A stretch of 64,000 nucleotides of DNA from Rhodobacterales bacterium (GTDB lineage Bacteria; Pseudomonadota; Alphaproteobacteria; Rhodobacterales; Rhodobacteraceae), in contig JAPLPE010000022.1 in assembly GCA_026400355.1 (NCBI GenBank), positions 141,507-205,506 of the forward strand. The letters run 5' to 3'. The translations under genes were made by a program, and so were the position numbers. The notes beneath the pieces are model-generated. The model did no database searches, was not told the origin of the DNA, and was given only the letters and a program-made list of their open reading frames with translations. Shown here piece by piece: positions 16,796-25,879 of the stretch (position 1 is its first letter; the number at the start of each line of letters is the position of its first letter).

Positions 16796-17389
16796 TCAGA
16801 TCGAAGACGGGTCAGGAAGTTCCGTTAGGTCCTGGCTGACGGTGGAATGGATTTCGGGAATGTCGTCGGGATCGAGCGTCCGGGACCAAATCACATCGCC
16901 CCGGACCATTCGGGCAGGGACACCTGCATACATACTGCTCCCCTTCAGCCGCCCTGAAACGACCGACGCCTGGCCGACGATCGTACCCCCGCCGATAACG
17001 GCACCCTTGTTCACGCACACGCCCGACCCGAGCCAGACGTGGCTGCCTACGACTACATTTTGTGGAGGGTTGATCAGTTCGCGGGTTGTGGCATCAAAAA
17101 TCCCATCCCCATCGCGATTGCGAAGCGTGACATGCGACGAAAACATGCATTCATTGCCGATGGTGATGCTGCAACCCCTGTTTCACAGTACAGTCCCATG
17201 TTCCCAGGTGGTGCAAGCACCGATAACGATCAGGCTTTTGCCGTCACGAACAGTGATCTGCAGGGCGAGGATACGACAGGAGGGTCCAATCAAAATGGCT
17301 GCAGTCTCGCCAAGTACCGTAAGACGACACTGGTCGAGCGAAGAGTTGCTTCCGACGAGGACGCGGCTGCCGCTTGCGTGCGTCTTCAT
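16796..17389 (-). pseudogene. Left-handed beta-helix (hexapeptide) acyltransferase interrupted by an in-frame TGA
   Basis: ORFs 17183..17410 and 16796..17146 share one frame. The junction reads ...WEHGTVL-TGA-NRGCSITIGNECMFSSHVTLR..., so the hexapeptide repeats continue across the stop at 17183-17185. Confidence 0.7.
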
Positions 17390-17673
17390 AAACCCTTTGC
17401 CTTCGACCAAAACGTCATTTCAGAACTGGATTGCAGTGCCCGTCAACGCGCTCAACTGCAACAGAGCTTCCGGGTCCATCGGTCGGTGCTCGGTCATGTC
17501 GAGTTCAATTCTAGGCGGATGTGCAAGCTTTTGCGAAGACAAGATACGGGCGTGAAAATCCATTCAGTTCTCCAGACGGTTGATATCCTCCCTTTGTGAC
17601 CTGGCACCAGATGGCAGCCTTACAGAGGTCCTGAAGGGGCTGCGCCTGTCGGGCAAGCGCCAGACGCCCCGGC

Positions 17674-19329
17674 TCAGCGGTTTGTACGTGCAAGAAGTGC
17701 CACCGCGATCAGACCAACGAGAGTGATCGTCAATGCGGCCGGTGCTGCCCCCGTGATATCCTCAAGGCGGGCCTTGGCATAGACGCGGGTCGCCAGTGTG
17801 TCATAGTTGAACGGTCGCAACACAAGAGTGGCAGGGAGTTCTTTGACGCAATCTACGAAGACCAGAAGGATCGCCGAGCCGACAGAGGCGCGGATCAGGG
17901 GAATGTGCACGGCGCGGAGGGTCTGGCCCGCAGTGCGGCCAAGCGACCGTGCGGCCATGGGCAAGCTGGGCGACACACGGCCAAGGGCCGCATCGGCAGT
18001 GCCCTGGGCGATGGCAAAGAAGCGGACAACATAGGCAAGGGCAAGGGCCGCGGCACTGCCGGTCAGGATCAGACCAGGGTCCATGCCTGTCAGCGCCTCG
18101 ATCCCATCGGCAAGGCGGTTGTCGAAAGCGGCAAGCGGGATGAGGATGCCAATGCCAAGAACTGCGCCGGGGGCGGCGTAGCCTATGGAAGTTACCGGAA
18201 GCAGCAAACCCGGCAGGCGATAGCCCGACAGGCGGGTGCCATATACCATAAAGAGGCCAGCCAGAACCGTAACGAAAGCCGCGATGCCGCCGACGATGAT
18301 CGTATGGGTCAGAGCAAAGGCAAGGCCCGGTTCAACCCACTGGGCCGCGTTGAATGCATGGCTGAGGAGCACGGTGACAGGCAGCACAAAACCCAAAGCG
18401 AATGGGATGGCGCAGACGATGGAGGCGGCCGCCGCCCCTGCTCCTGTCAGGACATATGGCCTCACCGGGCGCATGCCGCGCGCGTTACCGAAATGGCGGC
18501 TCTTCCGACGCGAGAGTTTTTCAAGCGTGACCAGCACGACGACAAGCGCGAGGACGCAGGTGGCTAGTTGTGCTGCGCCACCCAGATTTCCGGCCTGTAG
18601 CCAGACGGAAAAGATCCCCGTCGTCAGCGTCTGGACAGCGAAATAGTCCATCGCACCAAAATCATTGACCGTTTCCATCATCACGACTGCGACGCCTGCG
18701 GCAATGGCCGGACGGGCGAGTGGGAGTCCCACCCGAAAGAACCGGGCCAGAGGACCGGCACCCAGCGCGCGGGCGACTTCATAGCCTGCGCCCGATTGTT
18801 CGCGAAAAGCGGCGCGGGCAAGCAGATAGACATAGGGATAGAAGGCGGCACTAAGCACAAGAATGGCCGCGCCTTCGGTTCGGACCGGGGGGAACCAGTA
18901 ATCCTGCGCACTCGTCCAGCCGAAGATATCCCGCAGGCCGGTCTGCACAGGGCCAGCATATTCGAGAAAATCGACGAGCGCATAAGCCCCGACATAGGCC
19001 GGCACGGCGAGCGGCATCAAAAGAGCCCATTGCAGCCACCGACGACCGGGAAAGCGGTACATGACAACAAGCCAGGCCGCTCCTGTGCCCATTGCCACAG
19101 TCAGCAGGCCGACGCATGCCATCATCAGAAGCGTGGTGCCGACATAGCGTGGCAGGGTTGTTGAAAGCAGATGCGGCCAGATGTTCTGCGTCGGGTGAAA
19201 CGCCAGCCAGATCACCGCCACGACGGGCAAAAGAACGACGGCTGCTATTATCACAGCGCCCACTGACCAGCCGTCGAGATGGAGCCGAAAGCGTGGGTTG
19301 CGGGAAATCTGACCAGTTCGCTCGGACAT
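17674..19329 (-). CDS. Iron(III)/thiamine-type ABC transporter permease (two fused permease domains, FbpB/AfuB-like)
   Basis: 551 aa and about 12 TM segments. It has two EAA-like loops (EVARALGAGPLARFFRVGLPLARP and MAARSLGRTAGQTLRAVHIPLIR). Confidence 0.85.
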   Translation of the reverse strand: MSERTGQISRNPRFRLHLDGWSVGAVIIAAVVLLPVVAVIWLAFHPTQNIWPHLLSTTLPRYVGTTLLMMACVGLLTVAMGTGAAWLVVMYRFPGRRWLQWALLMPLAVPAYVGAYALVDFLEYAGPVQTGLRDIFGWTSAQDYWFPPVRTEGAAILVLSAAFYPYVYLLARAAFREQSGAGYEVARALGAGPLARFFRVGLPLARPAIAAGVAVVMMETVNDFGAMDYFAVQTLTTGIFSVWLQAGNLGGAAQLATCVLALVVVLVTLEKLSRRKSRHFGNARGMRPVRPYVLTGAGAAAASIVCAIPFALGFVLPVTVLLSHAFNAAQWVEPGLAFALTHTIIVGGIAAFVTVLAGLFMVYGTRLSGYRLPGLLLPVTSIGYAAPGAVLGIGILIPLAAFDNRLADGIEALTGMDPGLILTGSAAALALAYVVRFFAIAQGTADAALGRVSPSLPMAARSLGRTAGQTLRAVHIPLIRASVGSAILLVFVDCVKELPATLVLRPFNYDTLATRVYAKARLEDITGAAPAALTITLVGLIAVALLARTNR

Positions 19330-19412
19330 GGCGGTTGGTTACAGGAAACGGGTTTGCCTGTCCAGAAATCCGCCTGTAGGCTCCGGAGCAAAAGAACAGG
19401 CGGGGGCAGACG

Positions 19413-20297
19413 GTGGACCAGTTACAGATCGTCTATCATATCGGGGCGAATTGCACCGATGGGGATCGTCTGTTGAGGTCGATGATGCGCAATGTCGACG
19501 GTTTGCGCAGCCATGGCGTGATCGTGCCTGGACCGGGACGGTACCGCAAGCTTCTTCGCGAGACGATCCTGAGCCTTGACGATGCCGTTCCCACACCGGA
19601 TGCCCGGGATGTGCTGCTTGATGCAATCATCGATGAGCAGGATGCCACTCGGCTTGTTCTGAGCAATTCCACCTTTCTTTGCCAGCCGTCCCGTATCTTT
19701 GAGCGTGGCCTGTTCTATGGCATTGCACGCAGCAAAGTCAGTGCGCTGCGATCGCTGTTTCCGGACGACAAGATCGAGATCTTTCTGGCCCTGCGCAACC
19801 CGGCCACTTTTGTCCCTGCAGTCTGGGACCAGGTCAAGGGTATGGATTTCAGGAGTTTTCTGGGCGGAACGGACCCGCGCGCGATCCGGTGGTCCGATTT
19901 GGTGACCCGGATCAGAACGACGGTGCCTGACGTGCCGCTGACCGTGTGGTGCAACGAGGATACGACGCTGATCTGGGGCGACTTGTTGCGTCTGCTGGCT
20001 GGCGTGGGCCCCGAACACGCCATGGAAGGGACCCATGACCTGTTGGCGACCGTCATGTCGCCCGAGGGGCTTCAGCGGTTTCTGAACTATATGGAGACTC
20101 ATCCCGGTCAGAACGAAGCGCAGGTGCGCAGGGTGATCGGGGCCTTTCTTGACAAGTACGCCATCCCCGAGGCAATCGAGGAAGAAGTTGATCTACCTGG
20201 CTGGGACGCGGCAATGGTGGATGAGATGACACGTGACTATGAGGCCGACGTAGCGCGCATCGCAGCGATGCCCGGCATCCGGTTTGTCGCGCCCTAA
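19413..20297 (+). CDS. Conserved hypothetical protein (possibly a degenerate sulfotransferase-like fold)
   Basis: 294-aa ORF with a GTG start. N-terminal IVYHIGANCTDGDRLLRSM resembles a degenerate P-loop/PAPS-binding start. The assignment is weak. Confidence 0.5.
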   Translation: MDQLQIVYHIGANCTDGDRLLRSMMRNVDGLRSHGVIVPGPGRYRKLLRETILSLDDAVPTPDARDVLLDAIIDEQDATRLVLSNSTFLCQPSRIFERGLFYGIARSKVSALRSLFPDDKIEIFLALRNPATFVPAVWDQVKGMDFRSFLGGTDPRAIRWSDLVTRIRTTVPDVPLTVWCNEDTTLIWGDLLRLLAGVGPEHAMEGTHDLLATVMSPEGLQRFLNYMETHPGQNEAQVRRVIGAFLDKYAIPEAIEEEVDLPGWDAAMVDEMTRDYEADVARIAAMPGIRFVAP

Positions 20298-20347
20298 GGG
20301 GCGGTCCTTTTGGTCGCCCTGCGGGATGAAGACACTTGTAGGCTCCT

Positions 20348-20680
20348 TCAATGCGTCACGAGTTTCAGCCCGATGATGCCTGCGACAATCAGACCGATGC
20401 AGAGCAGCCGCAAAAGATCGGCGGATTCACTAAACAGCCAGATGCCAAGGATCACAGTCCCGAGCGTTCCCACGCCCGTCCAGACGGCATAGGCAGTGCC
20501 GAGCGGGAGGGTGCGCAACGCAAGGCCCAGCAGGCCAAGGCTGCAGGCCATCGCGGCGAGCGTTCCCACAGTCGGCCAGACGCGGGTAAAGCCATCAGTG
20601 TATTTCAAACCGACGGCCCAGATGACCTCGAAAAGTCCTGCCAGAAGAAGAATAAGCCAGGCGGTGGTCGACGAGGACAT
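20348..20680 (-). CDS. sugE: SMR-family small multidrug/guanidinium exporter (SugE/Gdx-like)
   Basis: 110 aa and four TM segments, with the conserved membrane Glu in [16 protein letters not shown]. Confidence 0.85.
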   Translation of the reverse strand: MSSSTTAWLILLLAGLFEVIWAVGLKYTDGFTRVWPTVGTLAAMACSLGLLGLALRTLPLGTAYAVWTGVGTLGTVILGIWLFSESADLLRLLCIGLIVAGIIGLKLVTH

Positions 20681-20687
20681 GGAAAGC

Positions 20688-20948
20688 TCAACTCATCCCG
20701 AGGGCGGCCTTGTAGAGTTCAAGCATCGCCTCTTCTTCGTCCAGATCGTTCTTGTCGCGCTTGCGCAGCGCCACGAGTTTGCGGAGTACCTTGGTGTCAT
20801 AGCCACGGCCCTTGGCCTCGGCCATGACCTCTTTCATCTGGTCGGCGATGTCTTTCTTTTCGGCTTCGAGATGTTCAAAGCGTTCAATGAACTGGCGGAT
20901 TTCCTCGCCTGCGGCGTTGTTTTGAATATCGACGATGTTCGCGTTCAT
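20688..20948 (-). CDS. gapR: DUF2312 protein (GapR-like nucleoid-associated protein)
   Basis: [65 protein letters not shown]. The ATG at 20948 has AGGAGG upstream. Confidence 0.8.
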   Translation of the reverse strand: MNANIVDIQNNAAGEEIRQFIERFEHLEAEKKDIADQMKEVMAEAKGRGYDTKVLRKLVALRKRDKNDLDEEEAMLELYKAALGMS

Positions 20949-21077
20949 CCCGGCCTCCTGCTGCTCTGGCTGTTGCCCCTTCCCTAGACGCTGCCCCCCT
21001 GCCCTGCAAGCCTCGGGGATGGCTTGAAACACAGGGCGGACCGCGTTAGGGGGGCGCGCTGGGCAAGGGGGCGGGAC

Positions 21078-21293
21078 ATGGAACTGTTGGTCTGGATCGG
21101 CGCGGCGGTGACGCTGGTGGGCTTTGCCGGGATCGTCTGGAGCATTATCGCCGTAACAAAGGCCCGCCGTCAGGGTCTGGACGATGTCGCGCTGCGGACG
21201 CGGCTGAACGGCATTCTGCCGCTGAACATCGGGGCACTGTTCCTGTCGTTTCTGGGCCTGATGCTCGTCGTGGTGGGCGTTATCCTGAAATAG
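21078..21293 (+). CDS. Small two-TM membrane protein, hypothetical
   Basis: Internal ATG at 21078 (MELLVWIGAAVTLVGFAGIVWSIIAV...). Confidence 0.45.
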   Translation: MELLVWIGAAVTLVGFAGIVWSIIAVTKARRQGLDDVALRTRLNGILPLNIGALFLSFLGLMLVVVGVILK

Positions 21294-22620
21294 GCGCAGG
21301 GACGGCGTCGAAACCCCCGGCGAAGCGGACGGCTTCGGTCAGGACCGGGGGCACGTCCCAGATCAACGAATCGGCGCGCCACGTGGTCATGTCGTTGCGA
21401 AGCGGCAGAAGCCCTATGATTTCAGCCGACTTCATCGGCCCGCCGGTCAGACGGGGGTAGCCGAGGCCAAGGACGGCGACGGCATCGATATCTGAGGCGT
21501 TGCGGGCAGCGCCGGCACCGATCTGCCGGCCGCCTTCGGCCATGACCGCTGCGTTGATGCGACGCCAGAGAGCGGCACCTTCGGCCCCTGCCCCGCCTGT
21601 CGTGCCGCCGTAAGGGCCGGATTCGAAGCCCTGATCGACATGCGTCGCGTCAAGCAAGGCCTCCGTCGCGCCGAGACGCAGCAGAACCTCGCAGGCAGTC
21701 AGTTGAGCGCGGAGGAGTTGCGCGGCCAGCGTCGCGCCCTGCGGGGCAAGCTGGCGGCGTCCCTGTTCATCCTTGCTGACAAGTGTGGGGGAGACCTGAC
21801 GTTCGGCCAGAAACACGTGGCGCAAAGCGCGCGACTGCGGATGAGCGAGGCAGGATTCAAAACTGTCACGTTCAAAAGTGAGGCCGAGGTCGAAGGGCAG
21901 GAGGAGTGCCGCCTCGACCGAATCGATGATGTGGCGGGCAGCGATCACTGGCGAGGCGGCATGGGCCGTCCGGGCGGCATTGATCGCGGCCAGCCAGCCT
22001 GCACCGTCGGTCATCCGGTCACGCCTTGCAGCGGTTGGGCGCGGGCCAAGGCCGTGGGACAAGAGGCCCTGCGCAAAGGAATGGATGGCTTGTGCCAAAT
22101 CTTCGTCAACAATCCCGTCGATCAGGCCCATCGACTCGGCGGTTTCGGCGGGCACGGGGCGGCCGTCGATCATCATGGCAAGCGCCGCCTCGGGCCCGAC
22201 GATGCGGGGCAGACGTTGCGTACCGCCGGCTCCGGGGATCAGGCCGAGGGTAATCTCGGGCAGGCCCAGCGCGGCTTGCGGCAGGGCGAGGCGGTAATGG
22301 GCGGCGAGCGCAATTTCTGCGCCGCCACCGAGTGCGGGACCCTGGAGCCCGACAATCACGGGTTTTGGCGTATTCTCGATCGTCCGGCAAAGTTCACCAA
22401 GAAGCGGAGTCTTCGGCGACTTCTCGAATTCGCGGATATCGGCTCCGGCCGAGAAATGACGTCCTTCGGTAGTCAGGCAGATGGCGCCGATCGCGGGATC
22501 CGCCGTGAGTTCCTTGAGCCGTTCCATCAGCATCCGCCGCACGGCACAATCCAAGGCATTCACCGGTGGCGCATCAAGATGGAGCGAAGCGATGCCGTCC
22601 CGAACATTCAGAGCCAGCAT
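21280..22620 (-). CDS. Enoyl-CoA hydratase/isomerase family protein with a FadB-like C-terminal tail but no recognisable NAD-binding Rossmann domain
   Basis: Crotonase motifs are present (FSAGADIREF and GPALGGGAEIALAAHYR). The C-terminus contains DIDAVAVLGLGYPRLTGGPM, typical of a 3HCDH C-domain. No GxGxxG segment is seen. Confidence 0.75.
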   Translation of the reverse strand: MLALNVRDGIASLHLDAPPVNALDCAVRRMLMERLKELTADPAIGAICLTTEGRHFSAGADIREFEKSPKTPLLGELCRTIENTPKPVIVGLQGPALGGGAEIALAAHYRLALPQAALGLPEITLGLIPGAGGTQRLPRIVGPEAALAMMIDGRPVPAETAESMGLIDGIVDEDLAQAIHSFAQGLLSHGLGPRPTAARRDRMTDGAGWLAAINAARTAHAASPVIAARHIIDSVEAALLLPFDLGLTFERDSFESCLAHPQSRALRHVFLAERQVSPTLVSKDEQGRRQLAPQGATLAAQLLRAQLTACEVLLRLGATEALLDATHVDQGFESGPYGGTTGGAGAEGAALWRRINAAVMAEGGRQIGAGAARNASDIDAVAVLGLGYPRLTGGPMKSAEIIGLLPLRNDMTTWRADSLIWDVPPVLTEAVRFAGGFDAVPAPISG

Positions 22621-22722
22621 GATCGTCACATCCGCCCCTTGCCATGCCTCGCCGCTTCCCTGCACACGACAAAGCAGGTTTGACAGAAAAATGCAAATTC
22701 GAACCCCGCATCATCCACGTTT

Positions 22723-23079
22723 TCAGCGGGCGGTGTTCGATTCCTGCACCTCGGAAAGGCAGAAGACGATGTAGAGCGTCTCGAGCAGTGGCTTGAGACG
22801 GGGGTCGGCGAGGCGGTAGCGCACGATCCTTCCGTCGCGGTTCGCGGCGACAAGGCCTTCGGTGCGCATCCGGGCCAGCTGACCCGAGACATAGGACTGG
22901 CTCTTGCCCAGCGCCTCTTCAAGCTCTCCGACGCTGCGTTCGTCAGGGACGAGAGCACAGAGAAGGCGCAACCGGGCGGGATTTGAAAGCGATTTCAGGA
23001 CCTCTGCTGCGTGTTCAGCGGCTTCGTCCATGGCTTTGGGGTCAAGAACTGGGGGATGCATTTTCTGATGTGCAAACAT
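22723..23079 (-). CDS. ArsR/SmtB-family transcriptional regulator (BigR-like)
   Basis: Contains LKSLSNPARLRLLCAL...SVGELEEALGKSQSYVSGQLARMRTEGLV. It is divergent from a YeeE/YedE plus DUF442 operon, as in the bigR-blh loci known from Xylella and Agrobacterium. Confidence 0.8.
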   Translation of the reverse strand: MFAHQKMHPPVLDPKAMDEAAEHAAEVLKSLSNPARLRLLCALVPDERSVGELEEALGKSQSYVSGQLARMRTEGLVAANRDGRIVRYRLADPRLKPLLETLYIVFCLSEVQESNTAR

Positions 23080-23185
23080 GATTATCCAAAACTAACTCTC
23101 ATAACCCAGATTTCAATCTTGCCATGTTTGCGAAATCTCTCATTGTTGGCAAGGTTGGATCGACTGGTTCCGGAGAAAACCGAAG

Positions 23186-23611
23186 ATGCATGTTGAATGG
23201 ATTTGGGGCTTGGCCGGTGGCACCCTGATCGGGCTGGCTGCCGCTATGTTCCTTCTGGTAAACGGGAAGATCATGGGAGCCTCGGGCATTCTGGGGGAAC
23301 TGGTCGATGGCAGCGCAGGGTCAAGCCGGTACGAGAAGCTGTCGTTCCTGGCCGGAATGATCGGTGTTCCGGCAGTTTTGGTTTGGCTGTCAGGCGGGGC
23401 TGAGACACATGCGACAGGCAACATCCTGATCCTTCTCGCGGCCGGACTTCTTGTGGGTGTGGGCACGCGGCTGGCTAATGGCTGCACCTCGGGCCACGGG
23501 GTCTGCGGGATTTCACGGCTGTCACTACGGGGCATCGTGGCGACGGTGTTCTATATTCTGGCGGGCGGCCTAACGGTCGTGCTGTTCCGTCATGTACTGG
23601 GGTGGGTGTGA
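23186..23611 (+). CDS. YeeE/YedE-family sulfur-compound transport membrane protein (half-size)
   Basis: Contains GTRLANGCTSGHGVCGISRLSLRG, the signature Cys motif. Confidence 0.8.
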   Translation: MHVEWIWGLAGGTLIGLAAAMFLLVNGKIMGASGILGELVDGSAGSSRYEKLSFLAGMIGVPAVLVWLSGGAETHATGNILILLAAGLLVGVGTRLANGCTSGHGVCGISRLSLRGIVATVFYILAGGLTVVLFRHVLGWV

Positions 23612-24045
23612 TGCGGAACCTTTATTCTGCGGCGGCGGGCGCAGTCTTCGGGATCGGGCTGTGGCTGTCGGGCATGACTGACACAACCAAGGTCATCGGT
23701 TGGCTCGACATCTTTGGAGACTGGGACCCGACGCTGGCATTTGTGATGGGCAGCGCGATTGTCCCGATGGCGGTCGCATGGCGTGTGGCCGCGGCGCGGC
23801 GAGTGCCAGTTATCGGCGGGGCGTTTCCGCCGGCACCGGAACCGAAACTGGGGCGCAAGCTTGTGCTGGGGTCGGTGCTGTTCGGGGCAGGCTGGGGGCT
23901 TGCAGGCCTGTGTCCGGGTCCGGCTATCGTCTCGATCACATGGGGCGGTGTGAGCGGGTTTGTGTTCATAGTCGCGATGCTTGCCGGGATGTGGACGGCA
24001 CCGGTGGTACGAAGCAGGCTCGACGCGTTGGAACCGGCGGTCTAG
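23611..24045 (+). CDS. YeeE/YedE-family membrane protein, second half-size subunit
   Basis: Contains GAGWGLAGLCPGPAIV. The ATG at 23611 overlaps the upstream TGA. Confidence 0.8.
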   Translation: MRNLYSAAAGAVFGIGLWLSGMTDTTKVIGWLDIFGDWDPTLAFVMGSAIVPMAVAWRVAAARRVPVIGGAFPPAPEPKLGRKLVLGSVLFGAGWGLAGLCPGPAIVSITWGGVSGFVFIVAMLAGMWTAPVVRSRLDALEPAV

Positions 24046-24054
24046 GATAGGGAC

Positions 24055-24480
24055 ATGGATATTAGACAGATCACACCCGCATATTCTGTTTCGCCCCAGA
24101 TCGAGCCGGAGGACATTCCCGAGATCGTGGCGGCCGGTTTCGCGACACTTATCGACAACCGTCCGGATGCTGAGATTCCGATGGAATTGTCATCTTATGT
24201 CATGCGCGCCGCCGCCGAAGCGGCGGGTTTGAAGTTCGTCGTCCTGCCGGTCACACATCAAACGATGACGCCCGAGCTTGTCGCGGCGCAAATGGATGCA
24301 CTGGCGGCGTCCGACGGGCCGGTTCTTGCCTATTGTGCGTCGGGGACGCGGTGTTCGGTCGTCTGGTCTCTGGGCCAGGCAGGCAGGTTGCAGACTGACG
24401 AGATCATGACAGCAACGGCCCGGGCGGGCTATGATCTGTCCCATCTGCGACCACGACTGGATGCGATGGCCCAGAGCTGA
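24055..24480 (+). CDS. TIGR01244/DUF442 family protein (Blh N-terminal-like, sulfur transferase/phosphatase fold)
   Basis: Contains MDIRQITPAYSVSPQIEPEDIPEIVAAGFATLIDNRPD...YCASGTRC. Confidence 0.8.
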   Translation: MDIRQITPAYSVSPQIEPEDIPEIVAAGFATLIDNRPDAEIPMELSSYVMRAAAEAAGLKFVVLPVTHQTMTPELVAAQMDALAASDGPVLAYCASGTRCSVVWSLGQAGRLQTDEIMTATARAGYDLSHLRPRLDAMAQS

Positions 24481-25368
24481 TCAGGCCGGGCCGGGGGGAA
24501 GTGGCAGAACCTCGGTCATTTCGGGGCGGGCAGGCGGGCCAAGGCGGACGGCGCGCATGCCAGACATCTGGCCCAGACGCGCCAAGGCAAGAAGACGCCC
24601 ATCCGGAGCCTCTACCTTGACGGCTGTCACGGTCGCGCCCCAGAGCGGGATGGTCTGACCGAGTTCAAAAACTTCGACAGTGCGGAGCGGCAAGCGCATC
24701 CGATGCAGGATCGCCCGCACTTCGGCCGGGGCGACGAGGATGTTTTCCGAAAGTTTCCGAGAGAAGGCGGCAGTAGCGTCGGGTTGCGCGGGCGTGGGCT
24801 GTGCAGGACGCGGCATGGGCAGCGCGAGGACCAAGAGACCCTGCCGGCCACCCGCGCCCAGATCAAGAGTGAGCCGGACGACGCGGTAATCCCCATTGGC
24901 TAGAGACAGCCCCACTTCTTTCATACCGGCGAATCGGCCGAACAGGCGTTGACCGACCACCCAGCCATCAAGCAGCGTTCCGGCTGTTTCGAGTTCGATT
25001 TCGTGCAGCACCCGCTGGACGAAGGGTTCTGCCATGGCGACATCGGCTGCAGTTGCAGGGCGGGGTTGGGCCAGCGCGTTGCTGACGCGGCCGAGTGTCT
25101 GCACTTCGATCACAGCGGCACGAGTCTGCAGGTCGATACCAAGAAATCCTGTCATTTCGGCAGGCGAACCGAGCGCCAGAAGCATCAGCCCATCTTCGGC
25201 CCGGGTGAGGATATCGTCGAGCGCTCCGACCTCTTCGCTTACACCCAACACGGTCAGGGAGAGGCCGATAGACTGCGATGCAGCGCGGGTGATCGCCTGA
25301 CGCAGAGCGCGCGAGGGGGTTAGCGGTTCTGGCGATGTTGGTGCGGTGGACCTCACGATCCGCCGCAT
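24481..25368 (-). CDS. FliM/FliN (SpoA-domain) flagellar switch-like protein, isolated from other flagellar genes
   Basis: The C-terminus LPLRTVEVFELGQTIPLWGATVTAVKVEAPDGRLLALARLGQMSGMRAVRL is SpoA/FliN-like. I chose the ATG at 25368. Confidence 0.55.
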   Translation of the reverse strand: MRRIVRSTAPTSPEPLTPSRALRQAITRAASQSIGLSLTVLGVSEEVGALDDILTRAEDGLMLLALGSPAEMTGFLGIDLQTRAAVIEVQTLGRVSNALAQPRPATAADVAMAEPFVQRVLHEIELETAGTLLDGWVVGQRLFGRFAGMKEVGLSLANGDYRVVRLTLDLGAGGRQGLLVLALPMPRPAQPTPAQPDATAAFSRKLSENILVAPAEVRAILHRMRLPLRTVEVFELGQTIPLWGATVTAVKVEAPDGRLLALARLGQMSGMRAVRLGPPARPEMTEVLPLPPGPA

Positions 25369-25491
25369 GACCGATCCGCCTGAAGACGCCATTCCGCACC
25401 CTGAACGATGTGACGGCCCCCACATGGCCCGCCTCGCTGACACTAGTGAAACAGGATTAGCAAAAGGTTTACGGACACCAGGGACGAGAGA

Positions 25492-25800
25492 TTACTGCGC
25501 CGCCATAACCTCGGCCAAGGGCAGCGTCACGCGGAAGGCCGTCTCGCCCGGCCCGGGCAGATTGGCGATATAGCCGCCAAGCTTGCCCATGACCTCTTGG
25601 CAAATGGCAAGGCCAAGGCCTGCGCCGCCAGCCTTGCCATGGTCGGACAGGCGGGCGAATTTCTCGAAGATCACATCCTGGTTTTCAGTGGCAATGCCGG
25701 TGCCATTGTCGATGAAATCCACGCCCAGTGAAGGCCCGACGCGGCCGACAGCGAGGCGCAATTCAAGATAGGCGGCATTGCAGTACTTCTGGGCATTGGG
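25492..25800 (-). pseudogene. Histidine kinase remnant (HATPase_c C-terminal part only)
   Basis: Only the N-box onward remains: NAQKY...VDFIDNGTGIATENQDVIFEKFARL...GGAGLGLAICQEVMGKLGG. No HisKA or sensor part exists upstream. It adjoins the IS110 element. Confidence 0.65.
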
Positions 25801-25879
25801 GCTTTGTTGCCTGTATGGATGCCCCCGTTGGTGCAAGTGGTTCTTGAACGGCTTAAGCGTGTGATCGGGTGCGGTCATG

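Noticed and set aside
20681-20687. Guanidine riboswitch upstream of the SugE/Gdx-like exporter
   Set aside because: Only 7 nt separate sugE from the upstream gapR stop, so there is no room for a riboswitch.
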